DNA of 64,000 nt from Thermodesulfobacteriota bacterium (GTDB taxonomy: Bacteria; Desulfobacterota; Binatia; Bin18), in assembly GCA_964291405.2 (NCBI GenBank), contig OZ219926.1:416001-480000 (forward strand), read 5' to 3'. Positions 52,357 to 62,586 of the stretch are shown here, piece after piece. The notes below the pieces were generated by a model, which ran no database searches, was not told the origin of the DNA, and worked only from the letters and a program-made list of their open reading frames with translations. The position numbers were made by a program, and so were the translations under genes. Every line of letters starts with the position of its first letter. Within the stretch, counting starts at the first letter, position 1.

Positions 52357-52512
52357 GTCTCCCTCCTTCTTCAGGCTGCCGTTAGAGTTCGGCTTGTGCC
52401 AAGCAGCAGCATCTTGCCACGCACCCGGCAGGGACACAAGCTTACAGAGCTGATACACTTGATACAGGTCGGGCGAACGGAGCCCCCTCTCATAGCTCGC
52501 ACAGGAGGTAAC

Positions 52513-53274
52513 ATGACCGCGACACAAGAGATCCTCATCGACACCCTCTACCACGCCCGCCGAAACGGAACCCGACCAGCCCACATTGATCCCATCCCTT
52601 CGGACCTGGACGAAGCGCTCGCCGTCCAACTCCGCGTTCTCCGGCGCTTCGAGGCCGCAGGGGAACGTCTTGGCGGTTGGAAGGTCGGGCTAACCTCGGG
52701 GAAAGCCCGCGACCGTATGGGAAAAGACGTGCGGCCGTTCGGCTATGTCCTCCAGAATCGGGTTTTTTCGTCCGGCGCGGCCCTTCCCGTCGCTTCAATT
52801 ATGAACTGTCATATTGAGCCCGAACTCTGCCTTATAGTCGGCTCGGCCTTACGTGGCCAGGATGTCGATCGCGAGCAGGCCAAAGCCGCGGTTCGGGCCG
52901 TTGCCCCGGCATTTGAGATCAACGAGGTTCGTGTCCAGCCGGATCAGGGCCCCATGCCCTTGGTGGCCGACGGCTTGGCCCAGTGGGGGATCGTCATTGG
53001 ACCGGAAGCCCCGGTCCGAGACGGGCTGGTCGATACCACGGCGACATTTTCGCATAACAATCAGGTGGTCGAGATCAAGACGCCAGGGACAACAATGGAT
53101 GATCCCTATCTCTCGCTATCACGCCTGTGTCATCGCCTGTATCCATTCGATCTGGGTCTGGAGCCGGGTCAACCCGTCATTACCGGTTCATTTTGCCATC
53201 ACGCGGTCACACAGCCAGGGAGCTATAGCGCGGATTTTTCCGGCGTCGGAACCGTGTCGGTTCGGTTTCACTAA
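52513..53274 (+). CDS. 2-keto-4-pentenoate hydratase-like (FAA hydrolase family)
   Basis: GGWKVGLTS, IEPEL, PAFEIN and ITGS. AGGAGG RBS. Confidence 0.8.
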   Translation: MTATQEILIDTLYHARRNGTRPAHIDPIPSDLDEALAVQLRVLRRFEAAGERLGGWKVGLTSGKARDRMGKDVRPFGYVLQNRVFSSGAALPVASIMNCHIEPELCLIVGSALRGQDVDREQAKAAVRAVAPAFEINEVRVQPDQGPMPLVADGLAQWGIVIGPEAPVRDGLVDTTATFSHNNQVVEIKTPGTTMDDPYLSLSRLCHRLYPFDLGLEPGQPVITGSFCHHAVTQPGSYSADFSGVGTVSVRFH

Positions 53275-53380
53275 GCACGCCGCCTGCGGACGCCTAGTCT
53301 CACTAGCGTAAATTCTATAGGCTGCGCAGGACGGCACTCGCCAGAGCGAGAATCCATACACCTGAGAAAGAGAGAAAAAT

Positions 53381-53908
53381 ATGAGCGAACACACCAACCC
53401 GAGGGTATTTTTTGATATCACGATCGGAGATGATGCGGCCGGACGGATCGTTTTTGAACTCAGAGCCGATGTCGTTCCCGAAACCGCAGAAAATTTTCGA
53501 GCGCTGTGTACCGGCGAGAAAGGAGCCGGTCAATCCGGCAAACCGTTGCACTACAAGGGTTCGACGTTTCATCGCATCATTCCCGACTTCATGTGTCAGG
53601 GGGGAGATTTTACCAACGGCAATGGTACCGGGGGAGAGTCTATCTACGGTTCCAAGTTTGCCGACGAGAATTTCCAACTCAAGCATACCGACCCTGGCTT
53701 GCTGAGCATGGCCAATGCCGGTCCTGGCACGAACGGCTCCCAATTCTTTATTACTACCACCCAGACACCGTGGCTGGACGGCAAGCACGTGGTGTTTGGC
53801 AGTGTGGTCGAGGGCATGGACGTGGTCCGTACCATGGAGGCCCAGGGCAGTCAGAGCGGACAACCCAGGCAGCGTATTGTGATTACCGATTGTGGTCAGC
53901 TCGACTAG
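53381..53908 (+). CDS. Cyclophilin-type peptidyl-prolyl isomerase (eukaryotic cyclophilin A-like)
   Basis: [53 protein letters not shown] and [10 protein letters not shown]. Confidence 0.96.
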   Translation: MSEHTNPRVFFDITIGDDAAGRIVFELRADVVPETAENFRALCTGEKGAGQSGKPLHYKGSTFHRIIPDFMCQGGDFTNGNGTGGESIYGSKFADENFQLKHTDPGLLSMANAGPGTNGSQFFITTTQTPWLDGKHVVFGSVVEGMDVVRTMEAQGSQSGQPRQRIVITDCGQLD

Positions 53909-53956
53909 GGCGCCCAAGCAAGGCCGGACAGCACCGGCATATGACGAAAAGGAGGG

Positions 53957-54781
53957 ATGGACAGCATGCCGACCGTCTCTGCCAATCAGTGTGAAATGTA
54001 TTACGAGGTTGATGACTTCACTGATCCCTGGATAACGGACAAGGAGACGGTGTGGCTCCAACATGGTGTCGGTCGGAGTACCAAGTTTTGGCATCACTGG
54101 GTTCCTCCGCTGGCGCGTCACTATCAAGTGATCCGTCGCGATATGCGTGGGCACGGCCAGTCTGCTGATCCCGGCCCGGATCATCGCTGGTCATTGGACG
54201 AGCTGGTCACGGATATGCACGACTTCATGGACGCGCTTGGTCTCCAGCAAGTGCACTATGTGGGCGAATCCATCGGCGGTATCCTCGGTGTGCTCTTTGC
54301 TACGCGTTGGCCGGAGCGACTCAAGAGCCTGACGATTTGCAATTCACCGACGACAATTCGCCCGGCAGGCACACGCGCCTTGTCCGGTAAGCAGGGCAAC
54401 CTGCACCAGCTCCTGGCCTCCGAAGGGTCTGTCGGCTGGGGCCGTTTGATGATTGAGCGTAAGATCATCAGCGGAAACAGCCCGGAGCACATTGAATGGG
54501 TGCTCAAGGAGTGGGCGAAAACACCGGCCCATGTCTTACAAGGGATTACCAAGACGCTAGACGGTGCGGATACGGCGCCGCTCCTGCCTCAGGTCAGCGT
54601 CCCGACGCTGGTACTGGCTCCTGCCAACAGTCCGATCACACCCCTGACCGACCAGCTCTCCATGCGCACGGGGATTCCCAACGCGCGAATTGCCATTGTC
54701 GAAGGCCCTGGGCACGAAATCTATGTAGATAGACCCGAGGAGTGCCTGAGCGCCTTACAGAACTTCCTGGAGTCGCTCTAG
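53957..54781 (+). CDS. Alpha/beta hydrolase
   Basis: QHG, DMRGHGQS, GESIGG nucleophile elbow and GHE. Confidence 0.88.
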   Translation: MDSMPTVSANQCEMYYEVDDFTDPWITDKETVWLQHGVGRSTKFWHHWVPPLARHYQVIRRDMRGHGQSADPGPDHRWSLDELVTDMHDFMDALGLQQVHYVGESIGGILGVLFATRWPERLKSLTICNSPTTIRPAGTRALSGKQGNLHQLLASEGSVGWGRLMIERKIISGNSPEHIEWVLKEWAKTPAHVLQGITKTLDGADTAPLLPQVSVPTLVLAPANSPITPLTDQLSMRTGIPNARIAIVEGPGHEIYVDRPEECLSALQNFLESL

Positions 54782-54864
54782 CCGTGAGGCTTTGAGCCAC
54801 TGCGCCCTGGAGGTCAGAAAGCAGAGCGGAAGGGGAGAGCGACCTTCCGCCCTCAGCGGTGCGG

Positions 54865-55269
54865 CTAACCGCCCATGCCGCCCATAAACACCGCGACACA
54901 CAGCACGACGCCGCCGATATACGTGCCGAGAGCGCCGACGAGACGGAGAGGATGAGGTTGCGCGAGCGTCGAACAGGCGATCATGCCGATGGCGTGCAGA
55001 TAGCGACAGGCGGTCACCAGTATCATCGTCCACATGACCCAGGCCGGGACGGCCTCTGCGCCCATCGCCGCGATGAGCATGAGCAGGGCCAACATGGGCG
55101 CGTACTCGGCTGCGTTGCCGTGAGCACGTACCATTTTATATAAGCGGTCGGTGGGGTCCGCATTGACACCACTGGTGGTTTCCGTTTTCCCGCGTGTCAT
55201 AGAAACCATAAAGCCGAGTACAAAGACCAACAAACCCAGTAAACCGGAACATAGGACTGCCGTTTCCAT
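54865..55269 (-). CDS. MAPEG family protein
   Basis: RAHGNAAEY motif, R..HAIG and four TMs. AAGGAGG RBS before METAVL. Confidence 0.88.
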   Translation of the reverse strand: METAVLCSGLLGLLVFVLGFMVSMTRGKTETTSGVNADPTDRLYKMVRAHGNAAEYAPMLALLMLIAAMGAEAVPAWVMWTMILVTACRYLHAIGMIACSTLAQPHPLRLVGALGTYIGGVVLCVAVFMGGMGG

Positions 55270-55410
55270 ATGCGCCTCCTTCGTGTTGAACACTTTAATC
55301 TGGGAAGTATGCTGCTCTCCGCGACCTCTTACCTGGGGCCTTCTGTATCGTGCGTCCGAAAGATCATTCGAGTCAAGACTTGGGGGGAAATAGTTGTCAG
55401 GGTAAAAAGC

Positions 55411-55441
55411 AATAGGTCGGGTGAGCGGAGCGTAAACCAAC
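55411..55441. repeat. Degenerate GTAG-type REP at the edge of the defence islet
   Basis: aataggtcgggtgagcggagcgtaaaccaac. Confidence 0.35.
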
Positions 55442-55489
55442 TTACACCATCACTAACCCGATCCACATGGTTGAACCTGGACAGTTCCG

Positions 55490-56190
55490 TTATTCTTCAG
55501 GCATCACACGTTGGGGATTAGGTAGCCATAGTCCATTTTTATCCGGCTGATAATCCTCTAGCCACATTAAGAGGTCCTTTTTATCTTTCATTTCAATGCC
55601 TCGTAGAGAGAGTTCAAGAGGAGTATATTTACGCACACTTCTAAAGCCGCCTGTTGAGACGATGAGTCCTGCATGCCAGCCAAATTGGTCGCGTTCCGTT
55701 ATCATTGCTCCCAAAACTTCATTGATGACCTGAATCCCGATAGCGTTACGATTCCGTTTTACCTCAATGAAAAAACGGAGCTTAACCCCAAGGGGGTCAT
55801 AGTTAGCAGCAGCATAGATATCAGCCGAAGTTTTCGGATCACGTCCAACGAGCCGTACATCCTGGAATCCACGTGTTGCCAAGAATTCTCCCACAAGGTG
55901 TTCAAAAACATCCCACCGTAGTTTATCGAGGTCATCGTTGTGTGACTTTAGATGGGCGATAAGATCAGGCGTGAGTGTTTCAGCCGCCTCGACAACATCA
56001 ACCAGCCTTGTGGGAGGTGAACGAAATGGTAGTGTTTGCGTTAGTAGCTCATTAATTGGTTTAGAAAGTGTCTTTTCAATATCTTCAAAAGATCGGCCCG
56101 CTCCTCTGAGCTGCGCAAGCGCATTGTAATTTATAAAATCTATTTCTTGAGGGGTCAGGCCCAGAACTTTTGCAATTTCCGTGGGAGAGT
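55490..56190 (-). pseudogene. 5'-truncated Mrr-like restriction endonuclease with an upstream HTH remnant
   Basis: The frame stays open upstream of 55894 (SPTEIAKVLGLTPQEI..WDVFEHLVGEFL), then D..ADI..IEVK and VSTGGF. No ATG. Lower GC than the flanks. Confidence 0.7.
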
Positions 56191-57054
56191 GTTCATGATG
56201 CTGAGGATTTCTTCCACCAGCCAGCGGATGCCCCGATATTCGTCCTGGTCCAGTTCGTCCAGAAAATCGACTAGCTCACGCAGCAGGGCAAAATTCGTCG
56301 GGATATAGCGCTTGGCGTTTCCCAGCGTGACTGCGGTCGTCTCCCCGGCATTGAGCTTCGCCAGGAACAGCCCATAGCCCAGCGTTTGGGCAAAGGCGTC
56401 GGCAAATTCCTTGAGGGTCAGTTCCTGGAACACCTCTTCCTTGAACACCACGTACAGCCCGTACAGCCGCCCTTCCTGATGTTCCTTCTCTTGTCGTTTC
56501 AGTTCTTCCAACAGGAAATCGCGCAGGTCGTGACAGCGCACAGCTAAGGCGCGGGACAAGATGTTGGTGTTGCCTAACTTGGCCGGTGGGACGGACAGGA
56601 AGCCAGCTATCAGCTTGGCGACTTTTGCTGCCTTGTCCGGGTCGAGGCGCGCCCTGCGGTTGCCTGTATCACTGGGGTAGCAGAGCGTTTCACGCTGGAT
56701 GATTGCGCCGTCTCTCAACCATATCCACTCCAGATAGTCGGTGAGGATGAGATTCCCGGACAGTCGTTTGTATTTGGCGATTTGATCGGAGTGCAGAATC
56801 GCGTCCAGGTTGTCGCCAATGGGCTTGGTTTCGAGATAGCCCAGGATTGCTTCATGCAATTTGATCTTGAAATCGGGCGCGCCCAGCCTGGTCTTGTCTC
56901 GCTTGGGCTCGTGAATGATGACGATATTCGAGTTTTTGTCGGCAGCAAGAGTGTTCAGCAGACTTTCCAATGCGCCGCGTAGAGTGTGTTCGGTGGCTTC
57001 GGTAGTATCCAGGCTTTTGATGGTCTTGAAGTAGGGGCTCAATGGGATGGTCAT
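56155..57054 (-). pseudogene. 3'-truncated N-6 DNA methylase / type ISP-like restriction-modification enzyme
   Basis: TEHT.R, GAPDF..GYLETK nuclease, QI.KY, LILTDYLE and FADAFAQTLGYGLFLA. Stops before any methyltransferase motif. Confidence 0.8.
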
Positions 57055-57078
57055 GCCCGCCCGTCCTCTCCGTTAGAC

Positions 57079-57486
57079 TCAGATGAACACGGCGGGTGAG
57101 ACATGAAACCGCTTGGCGAGGGCGCGTATGTGTTGGACGCTCAGTTCCTGTTTACCGCTCAAGACCTCTGACACAATCTCTTGAGAGCCGATTTCAGGAA
57201 AACTAGCCCGCGTCAGTCCATGCTCCTCCATGAAGAAGCCAAGCACCTCCCGTCCACTACAATCAGGGATAGCGTGATGCCGCTCTTCATACGCATGGAT
57301 GAGGGTGCCCAGGGTATCCAGAAGTTCATATAGTGGATGGGCCTCGTCCGTGCCGATTTCGTCGATGAGGTCGTTGAGATATTCAACAGCTTGTTCGTAT
57401 TGCGCATCGTTCCGTATGGCCAAGAGCGGACGAAGGGCTAACCAATGCTGTTGGAGATTTTTTTCAAGCGTGGTCATTGCTTCCAC
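57079..57486 (-). CDS. higA: HigA-type antitoxin (Xre HTH)
   Basis: LGTLIHAYE, GSQ..VSEVLSGK and HIRALAKRFHVSPAVF. Confidence 0.9.
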   Translation of the reverse strand: MEAMTTLEKNLQQHWLALRPLLAIRNDAQYEQAVEYLNDLIDEIGTDEAHPLYELLDTLGTLIHAYEERHHAIPDCSGREVLGFFMEEHGLTRASFPEIGSQEIVSEVLSGKQELSVQHIRALAKRFHVSPAVFI

Positions 57487-57761
57487 CTTTCCCGATCATA
57501 TTGACTGTGCGTCAAGACATGGCGAATATAGACCTTACCCCGGTTAAAATGAACCGAGGCTATCAAGCGATATTTGTTCCCACCGATGTTGAAGACAATC
57601 AGATCGTCAACATAATCTGCGGCAGGAAAGGTCGCTCGGAGTTCGGAAAAATTCTGAAAATCCGTTGTCCTCATAATTTTGAACCACCGGACCAGCCCAG
57701 TCTTGCTGTCAGGCTGTTCTTCCCAGAAATCTTTCAATGCTTTACGGCTGATGACGTGCAC
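57474..57761 (-). CDS. higB: HigB-type toxin
   Basis: MHVISRKALKDFW, VFNIGGNKYRLI and VLTH..YD. Confidence 0.93.
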   Translation of the reverse strand: MHVISRKALKDFWEEQPDSKTGLVRWFKIMRTTDFQNFSELRATFPAADYVDDLIVFNIGGNKYRLIASVHFNRGKVYIRHVLTHSQYDRERWKQ

Positions 57762-57882
57762 GACTGCGCAATATCTTATAGCAAGCTATCCCTCAACTAA
57801 GCAGGCATACAGATTACGTGTTTTCTTCTATCTCCCTTTGGCGTAGGGTGTGGCTGTACGATGACGTACTGAGGAGGACAGC

Positions 57883-58800
57883 ATGACCAGCGTATCGCAA
57901 CTCGGGTATTTGGGACTGAGCGTCAGTGACATGGCCGCCTGGGAACAATTCGCCACCTCGGTGCTTGGGCTGGCTGTGAGCGAACACGCCGATGACGGCT
58001 CGCTCTATCTGCGGATGGATGAGTACCACCATCGCTTTCTTGTGCATCCGACGGGCAATGATGACCTCGCCTATATTGGCTGGGAAGTTGCCGATGAACA
58101 TGCTTTACATGCAGTGGCAGAACAACTCGGGGCAGCCGGTGTCGAAGTTACCCCAGGCACGCCTGAGGAGCGAGCTGTCCGCCGGGTGGCCGGGCTGATT
58201 CGCTTCCAGGATCCGAGCGGTATTCTGTCAGAGATTTTCTATGGCCCGCTCGTCCATTTTGACAGACCATTTCAGTCTCCACGGCCGATCTCGGGCTTTA
58301 AGACCGGTGAGCAGGGCTTGGGGCATTTTGTGATCCTGGTCAATGACGCCGAGCAGAGCATCAACTTTTACCGAGATGTCCTGGGGATGCGGATCAGCGA
58401 CTATGTCCATATCACGCCTGCTCCGGGCACAACTTTTCAGGCCACCTTTTTCCACTGCAATCCGCGCCATCATTCGCTCGCCTTTGTCGAAGCCCCCAAC
58501 CCGCCCAAGCGTTTGAATCATTTCATGCTGCAGACACAGTCGCTGAACGATGTTGGTTCAACTTACTATTTATGCCAGGACCAGGACGTGCCGATTACGA
58601 TGAGCCTGGGCCGTCATACCAACGACCATATGACCTCGTTCTATATGCAGACGCCGTCCGGCTTTGCGGTTGAATACGGCTGGGGCGCACGGGAAGTGGA
58701 CGACGCGACTTGGCAGGTCCAAATGCACACCTCTGGTAGCATTTGGGGCCATGTCCGGCGGACACCCGGTCTGGGCGGTGTCGCGCAGGAGCAGGCGTAG
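57883..58800 (+). CDS. Type I extradiol dioxygenase (BphC/HsaC-like VOC)
   Basis: LGYLGL, QGLGHFV, HCNPRHHS, HFML, GRHTND..SFY.TPSGF.VEYGWG. Confidence 0.93.
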   Translation: MTSVSQLGYLGLSVSDMAAWEQFATSVLGLAVSEHADDGSLYLRMDEYHHRFLVHPTGNDDLAYIGWEVADEHALHAVAEQLGAAGVEVTPGTPEERAVRRVAGLIRFQDPSGILSEIFYGPLVHFDRPFQSPRPISGFKTGEQGLGHFVILVNDAEQSINFYRDVLGMRISDYVHITPAPGTTFQATFFHCNPRHHSLAFVEAPNPPKRLNHFMLQTQSLNDVGSTYYLCQDQDVPITMSLGRHTNDHMTSFYMQTPSGFAVEYGWGAREVDDATWQVQMHTSGSIWGHVRRTPGLGGVAQEQA

Positions 58801-58845
58801 GACGCTGTGTGGTTCCGATTATTCGGGAGCACTCAATTAAGAAGA

Positions 58846-58880
58846 CCCCTCACCCTACCCCTCTCCCTCGGAGAGAGGGG
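58846..58880. repeat. CCCCTCACCCTA-type palindromic repeat / terminator between convergent genes
   Basis: cccctcaccctacccctctccctcggagagagggg, with stem CCCCTCTC/GAGAGGGG. Confidence 0.6.
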
Positions 58881-58907
58881 ACGAAGGGTAGGACGACCGC
58901 AGCTTCC

Positions 58908-59684
58908 TCAAGTCGGCAGATTGTCCAGGTAAGCCCGGACAATATGGTCAAAGGTTTCGGGCTGTTCCTCATACGTCCAGTGACCAGCCTGAGGAATGAC
59001 TTCGAGTTGACAGTGCGGCATTCGGTCGTGGAAGTACTCGGAATATTTGACCGGCGTAAAATAATCTTCGTCTCCGCAGATGGCGATCGACGGGGTGTGG
59101 ATGTTGGTGACTCGGCTCATACAGTCGAACATGTCGTCGCTGATCCAATCCTTGTAGGTCACCTTCGGATCGGTCTCGGACGTCAAGGCATTGAGCGTAT
59201 CGATGATGGACTGGGGCGTGCTTTTGGCGAAGCCTAAACGCGGATCGATAGCAATCCCGGCTTCGCCCGCAGCCAGTTGGCGCGAGTTCTCAAGGACGTT
59301 CGGGTCCACCCGCAGCCGCGCGCCCGTATCAATGAGCATCATGCCGGTAAGACGGTCCGCATAATAGATGGCCGTGGTCAGGGCGATCCCGCCGCCGAGC
59401 GAATGCCCGGCAATCACAAACCGATCCCAGCCCAAATGGTCGGCCAGCCGGACCGTATAATGGGTGTAGTCCGCCGCACCACGAAAACCGGTGCCGGACG
59501 ATTGGCCGTGTCCCGGCAGGTCTATCGCCACCGGCGTATGATGGTCGGCTATCGCCCGCATATGCCTATGCCACACCCGGCCGTCACAGCCGGTTCCGTG
59601 GACGTATAGGACGCGCTGTCCGTGTGAGCTGTCGCCAATGGTGTGATAGTGTATCCGCAGTCCGTCAATGTCAGCGTATCCCAT
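58908..59684 (-). CDS. Alpha/beta hydrolase
   Basis: VHG, DLPGHG, GHSLGG, CGDED and AGH. Confidence 0.9.
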   Translation of the reverse strand: MGYADIDGLRIHYHTIGDSSHGQRVLYVHGTGCDGRVWHRHMRAIADHHTPVAIDLPGHGQSSGTGFRGAADYTHYTVRLADHLGWDRFVIAGHSLGGGIALTTAIYYADRLTGMMLIDTGARLRVDPNVLENSRQLAAGEAGIAIDPRLGFAKSTPQSIIDTLNALTSETDPKVTYKDWISDDMFDCMSRVTNIHTPSIAICGDEDYFTPVKYSEYFHDRMPHCQLEVIPQAGHWTYEEQPETFDHIVRAYLDNLPT

Positions 59685-59713
59685 ACGTTCTCCTTCGTTG
59701 GCTGTCTGCCTGG

Positions 59714-60154
59714 CTATGCAGAGACACCCGTATCAGCCATCAGTCCAGCCGCTTCAATGCCGGCCACGGCGCATTCCTCATCAATATCCGAAGTATCACC
59801 CGATATCCCGATCGCCCCGATAATGGACTGAGACCCATCTCGGATCAGCACCCCACCCGGCACCGGCACGAGCTTCCCCTGAGCAACTGCGGTCAATGCT
59901 TGCACGAAATGGGGCCGCTCGACCGCAACACTGCCCAGCACCCGAGACGAGCGGCCCATGCCCAACGCGCCCCAGGCCTTGCCGATCGCCACATCGGCAC
60001 GCATCAGACTGGTTCCGTCTTCGCGCTGAAAAGACTGAAGCTGTCCGGTTTCATCCAACACCGCGACCGCGAGTGGAGCGGTCTTCATAGCACGGGCCTT
60101 TTGGAGTGCCGCAGTGACAATCGTATTTGCCGTTTCCAGGGGTAAGCGAGCCAT
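59714..60154 (-). CDS. GlcG/HbpS heme-binding protein
   Basis: VAVLD..G, A.GKAW, GGVLI and GAIGISG..DE. GGAGG RBS before MARLP. Confidence 0.88.
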   Translation of the reverse strand: MARLPLETANTIVTAALQKARAMKTAPLAVAVLDETGQLQSFQREDGTSLMRADVAIGKAWGALGMGRSSRVLGSVAVERPHFVQALTAVAQGKLVPVPGGVLIRDGSQSIIGAIGISGDTSDIDEECAVAGIEAAGLMADTGVSA

Positions 60155-60210
60155 AGCGTCCTCCGATTCCTCCGGCGATCCCGTTATTGGTCCTAACATT
60201 GATCCTATCG

Positions 60211-61344
60211 TTACAGAGAGACGACTGCCTCGCGGTGGATACGCATGAGTGCGGGTATGGTTTCGGGTGAGCGACGCCCAAACCCGCACTCAGTTGCAAT
60301 GCCAAATCCACTCGCATGTTTCTGAGCTGTCTCTAAGCGTTTCAGGGTTCCCCGGATACCATCCGTGTGGTGAACAAGGCCCAAGAAGAGCTTGGCATCT
60401 GCAATGGCAAGATCAGCCAATGGGGCAAAGTAGCCATCATCGTCACGATTTCTGGGTACAGGCATATGAACGAAATCAACCGGACGGCTGACCGCAGCAA
60501 CCCCGGCATTCGCCATCCGCACAACCACCCCCAAATCTTGAGGCTCCTTGAAATGTTTATGACCTAGGTCGCCATAACACAGATGGAGTCCAAGCAGGGT
60601 CTCGTCCGCAACGTGTTGAGACAGGTCCACCAGTGCCTGCACATAACGCTCGAACGGGTCGCCCGGAGCATCCCAGGGAAGCCCCAGCAGTGGATCATGG
60701 TCGTTGCTTTCAATGCTGGCCACCTCCGCCGCAATGTCCCATTGGATGGCGAGATCGCGAGGAGGAATCTCCTGGCCGAGACGCGCAAGCTCCCGCCCCA
60801 TGGCATCCCGATACGCGTCCCACATGGGCTGGAACGACTCGGGTGAATGCCCAAGGAAGAGGCGTGTACCGCTTTCAATCAGGGGGAGGGATACCTGAAA
60901 GCGCACGCCCTGAGGAATGATCCCCTGGTCACGGAGCGTACAGAACGTTCGGTAGGAATGCTTGGCTTCCTGCGCATAGCCGAGTTGTTCGAAATGGAGG
61001 GGACCCGTTCCCTCTTTGACTTTGAACTGCCAGTGATCCTGAAAACCACGCGGCATCCAGTCCATGTCTGGATTACGCCACTCATCAGGCGCGTTGGGAT
61101 CGATCGGCTGCGGACGGGTGATACTTTCCAACTGCTCAGATACTGCATACGTTTCCGCAGCCAGGAAGTTAATCCAGCCTTGTCGGTAGCCCGTTTCGCC
61201 GTCGGGCAAAGCAAACAGGCTATCGCCTAAGCCCTTGGCACAGCTGGCCATCACAGCCTGCGCAGTGTTTCCCGGCACACTGCCGACCAACAACACAGAA
61301 CCTGTGACACGAGACATTATGATTTGCCTTTCCAATTCACTCAA
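60211..61344 (-). CDS. Cobalamin-independent methionine synthase II-like (MetE C-terminal) Zn protein; start may be 61317
   Basis: LVGS, PDGETG.R..W, IQWD, Zn ligands HLCYGD and TECGFGR. Confidence 0.75.
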   Translation of the reverse strand: MSELERQIIMSRVTGSVLLVGSVPGNTAQAVMASCAKGLGDSLFALPDGETGYRQGWINFLAAETYAVSEQLESITRPQPIDPNAPDEWRNPDMDWMPRGFQDHWQFKVKEGTGPLHFEQLGYAQEAKHSYRTFCTLRDQGIIPQGVRFQVSLPLIESGTRLFLGHSPESFQPMWDAYRDAMGRELARLGQEIPPRDLAIQWDIAAEVASIESNDHDPLLGLPWDAPGDPFERYVQALVDLSQHVADETLLGLHLCYGDLGHKHFKEPQDLGVVVRMANAGVAAVSRPVDFVHMPVPRNRDDDGYFAPLADLAIADAKLFLGLVHHTDGIRGTLKRLETAQKHASGFGIATECGFGRRSPETIPALMRIHREAVVSL

Positions 61345-61350
61345 ACCAGC

Positions 61351-62523
61351 CTATCTCATAGGGTCGGCATCGGGCAGACCGAGCAGAAACTGCCCGTAAT
61401 TTTCATAGGCTGAATCATTGACCATCAGATGGGCCGCGGCGGTATGCAAATCCCGCAGGCAGCGCTGCAAGACATGCTCCAAGCGCACGGCGCTGCCCGC
61501 ACCAGCACGAAAGGCGTGAGTCGTAATCTCAAGCGCTACGTCCGTGGCCAGGGCCGCGACGCTACGCATTTCAGCCTGGAGCGCCGGACCCGGCAACCGG
61601 CCGGCGCTAGCCGTCTGCCAGGCTCTTTCGAGGATATCGATAACGACCAAGCGTGTTCCGCGCAACCGGAGGGCTGCCTGGGCTATCATCCTTTGAACGA
61701 CGGCTCTATCGCTCAAACGCTGTTGAGGCCCATAGCCTCGTTTCTTTGATTGGGCCAGCTCAATAATCGCGTCAAGCGCACAGCGGGCAATACCCAGTGC
61801 AAAGGCTGCGTGTTCATTCGCCACATAGCCCGGCCAGCCCATGAGATATAAGGGCCCGCCACGCTGTGGCGGCGTACTGCCTACGGCAAAAGTAAACGCC
61901 TCGGGAACAAACAGGTCCGAGACCGCGTAGTCACAACTGCCGGTGCCTTTCATGCCAAGCACATGCCAGTTGTCGATGACCTGAGCTTGGGCAATCGGGA
62001 AGACCACGGCCCGCACCTCTGGTGTCTGGGAGTCACGCTCGACCAAGGTTTGAACCAATACCCATTCGGCATAGCGGATGCCGCTGCCCCACGACCAGCG
62101 ACCACTAACACGGTAGCCGCCCTGCTCGGGCACAGCTCGGCCGGGCATCAAGCCGCCCGCCATGGTCGGGACGCGACCATGGGGGAACACTGTGGCTATG
62201 GTTTCGTCCGGGAGAAAGGCGCCAGCCATGCCAACAATGGCAGCGCCAATAAACATACACCAGCCCGCAGACGGATTGATCCTTGTTACAGCCTCAATCA
62301 CTTCTAATTGCGTCACCGGGTCGGCCTCGGCCCCACCGAGCTCCGCCGGCAGTTTCAGCTTGAACAGGCCGGCCTCGCTCAAGGCCGCCACCGAGGCGTC
62401 GGGCAGCGTCCGGGCTTCCTCGGCTTCGTCTATCTGGGCGGCAAGCGTCCCCCGGACCTGCTCGACTGCCTGCAGGAGTACCTGCCGCTTCTCAGCCCGT
62501 TCTGTGGGGAAGGATACCGGCAT
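61351..62523 (-). CDS. Acyl-CoA dehydrogenase-fold flavin-dependent monooxygenase (HsaA/C2-like)
   Basis: SAGW, SGRWSWGSG, DNWHVLGMKGTGS and LQRCLRD. Confidence 0.85.
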   Translation of the reverse strand: MPVSFPTERAEKRQVLLQAVEQVRGTLAAQIDEAEEARTLPDASVAALSEAGLFKLKLPAELGGAEADPVTQLEVIEAVTRINPSAGWCMFIGAAIVGMAGAFLPDETIATVFPHGRVPTMAGGLMPGRAVPEQGGYRVSGRWSWGSGIRYAEWVLVQTLVERDSQTPEVRAVVFPIAQAQVIDNWHVLGMKGTGSCDYAVSDLFVPEAFTFAVGSTPPQRGGPLYLMGWPGYVANEHAAFALGIARCALDAIIELAQSKKRGYGPQQRLSDRAVVQRMIAQAALRLRGTRLVVIDILERAWQTASAGRLPGPALQAEMRSVAALATDVALEITTHAFRAGAGSAVRLEHVLQRCLRDLHTAAAHLMVNDSAYENYGQFLLGLPDADPMR

Positions 62524-62586
62524 GAGCGTGCCTCTTTTACTCCTCTGCGTGCGCGCCGAGTTTTGGGCCGGTCTTTACCTCAGCCA

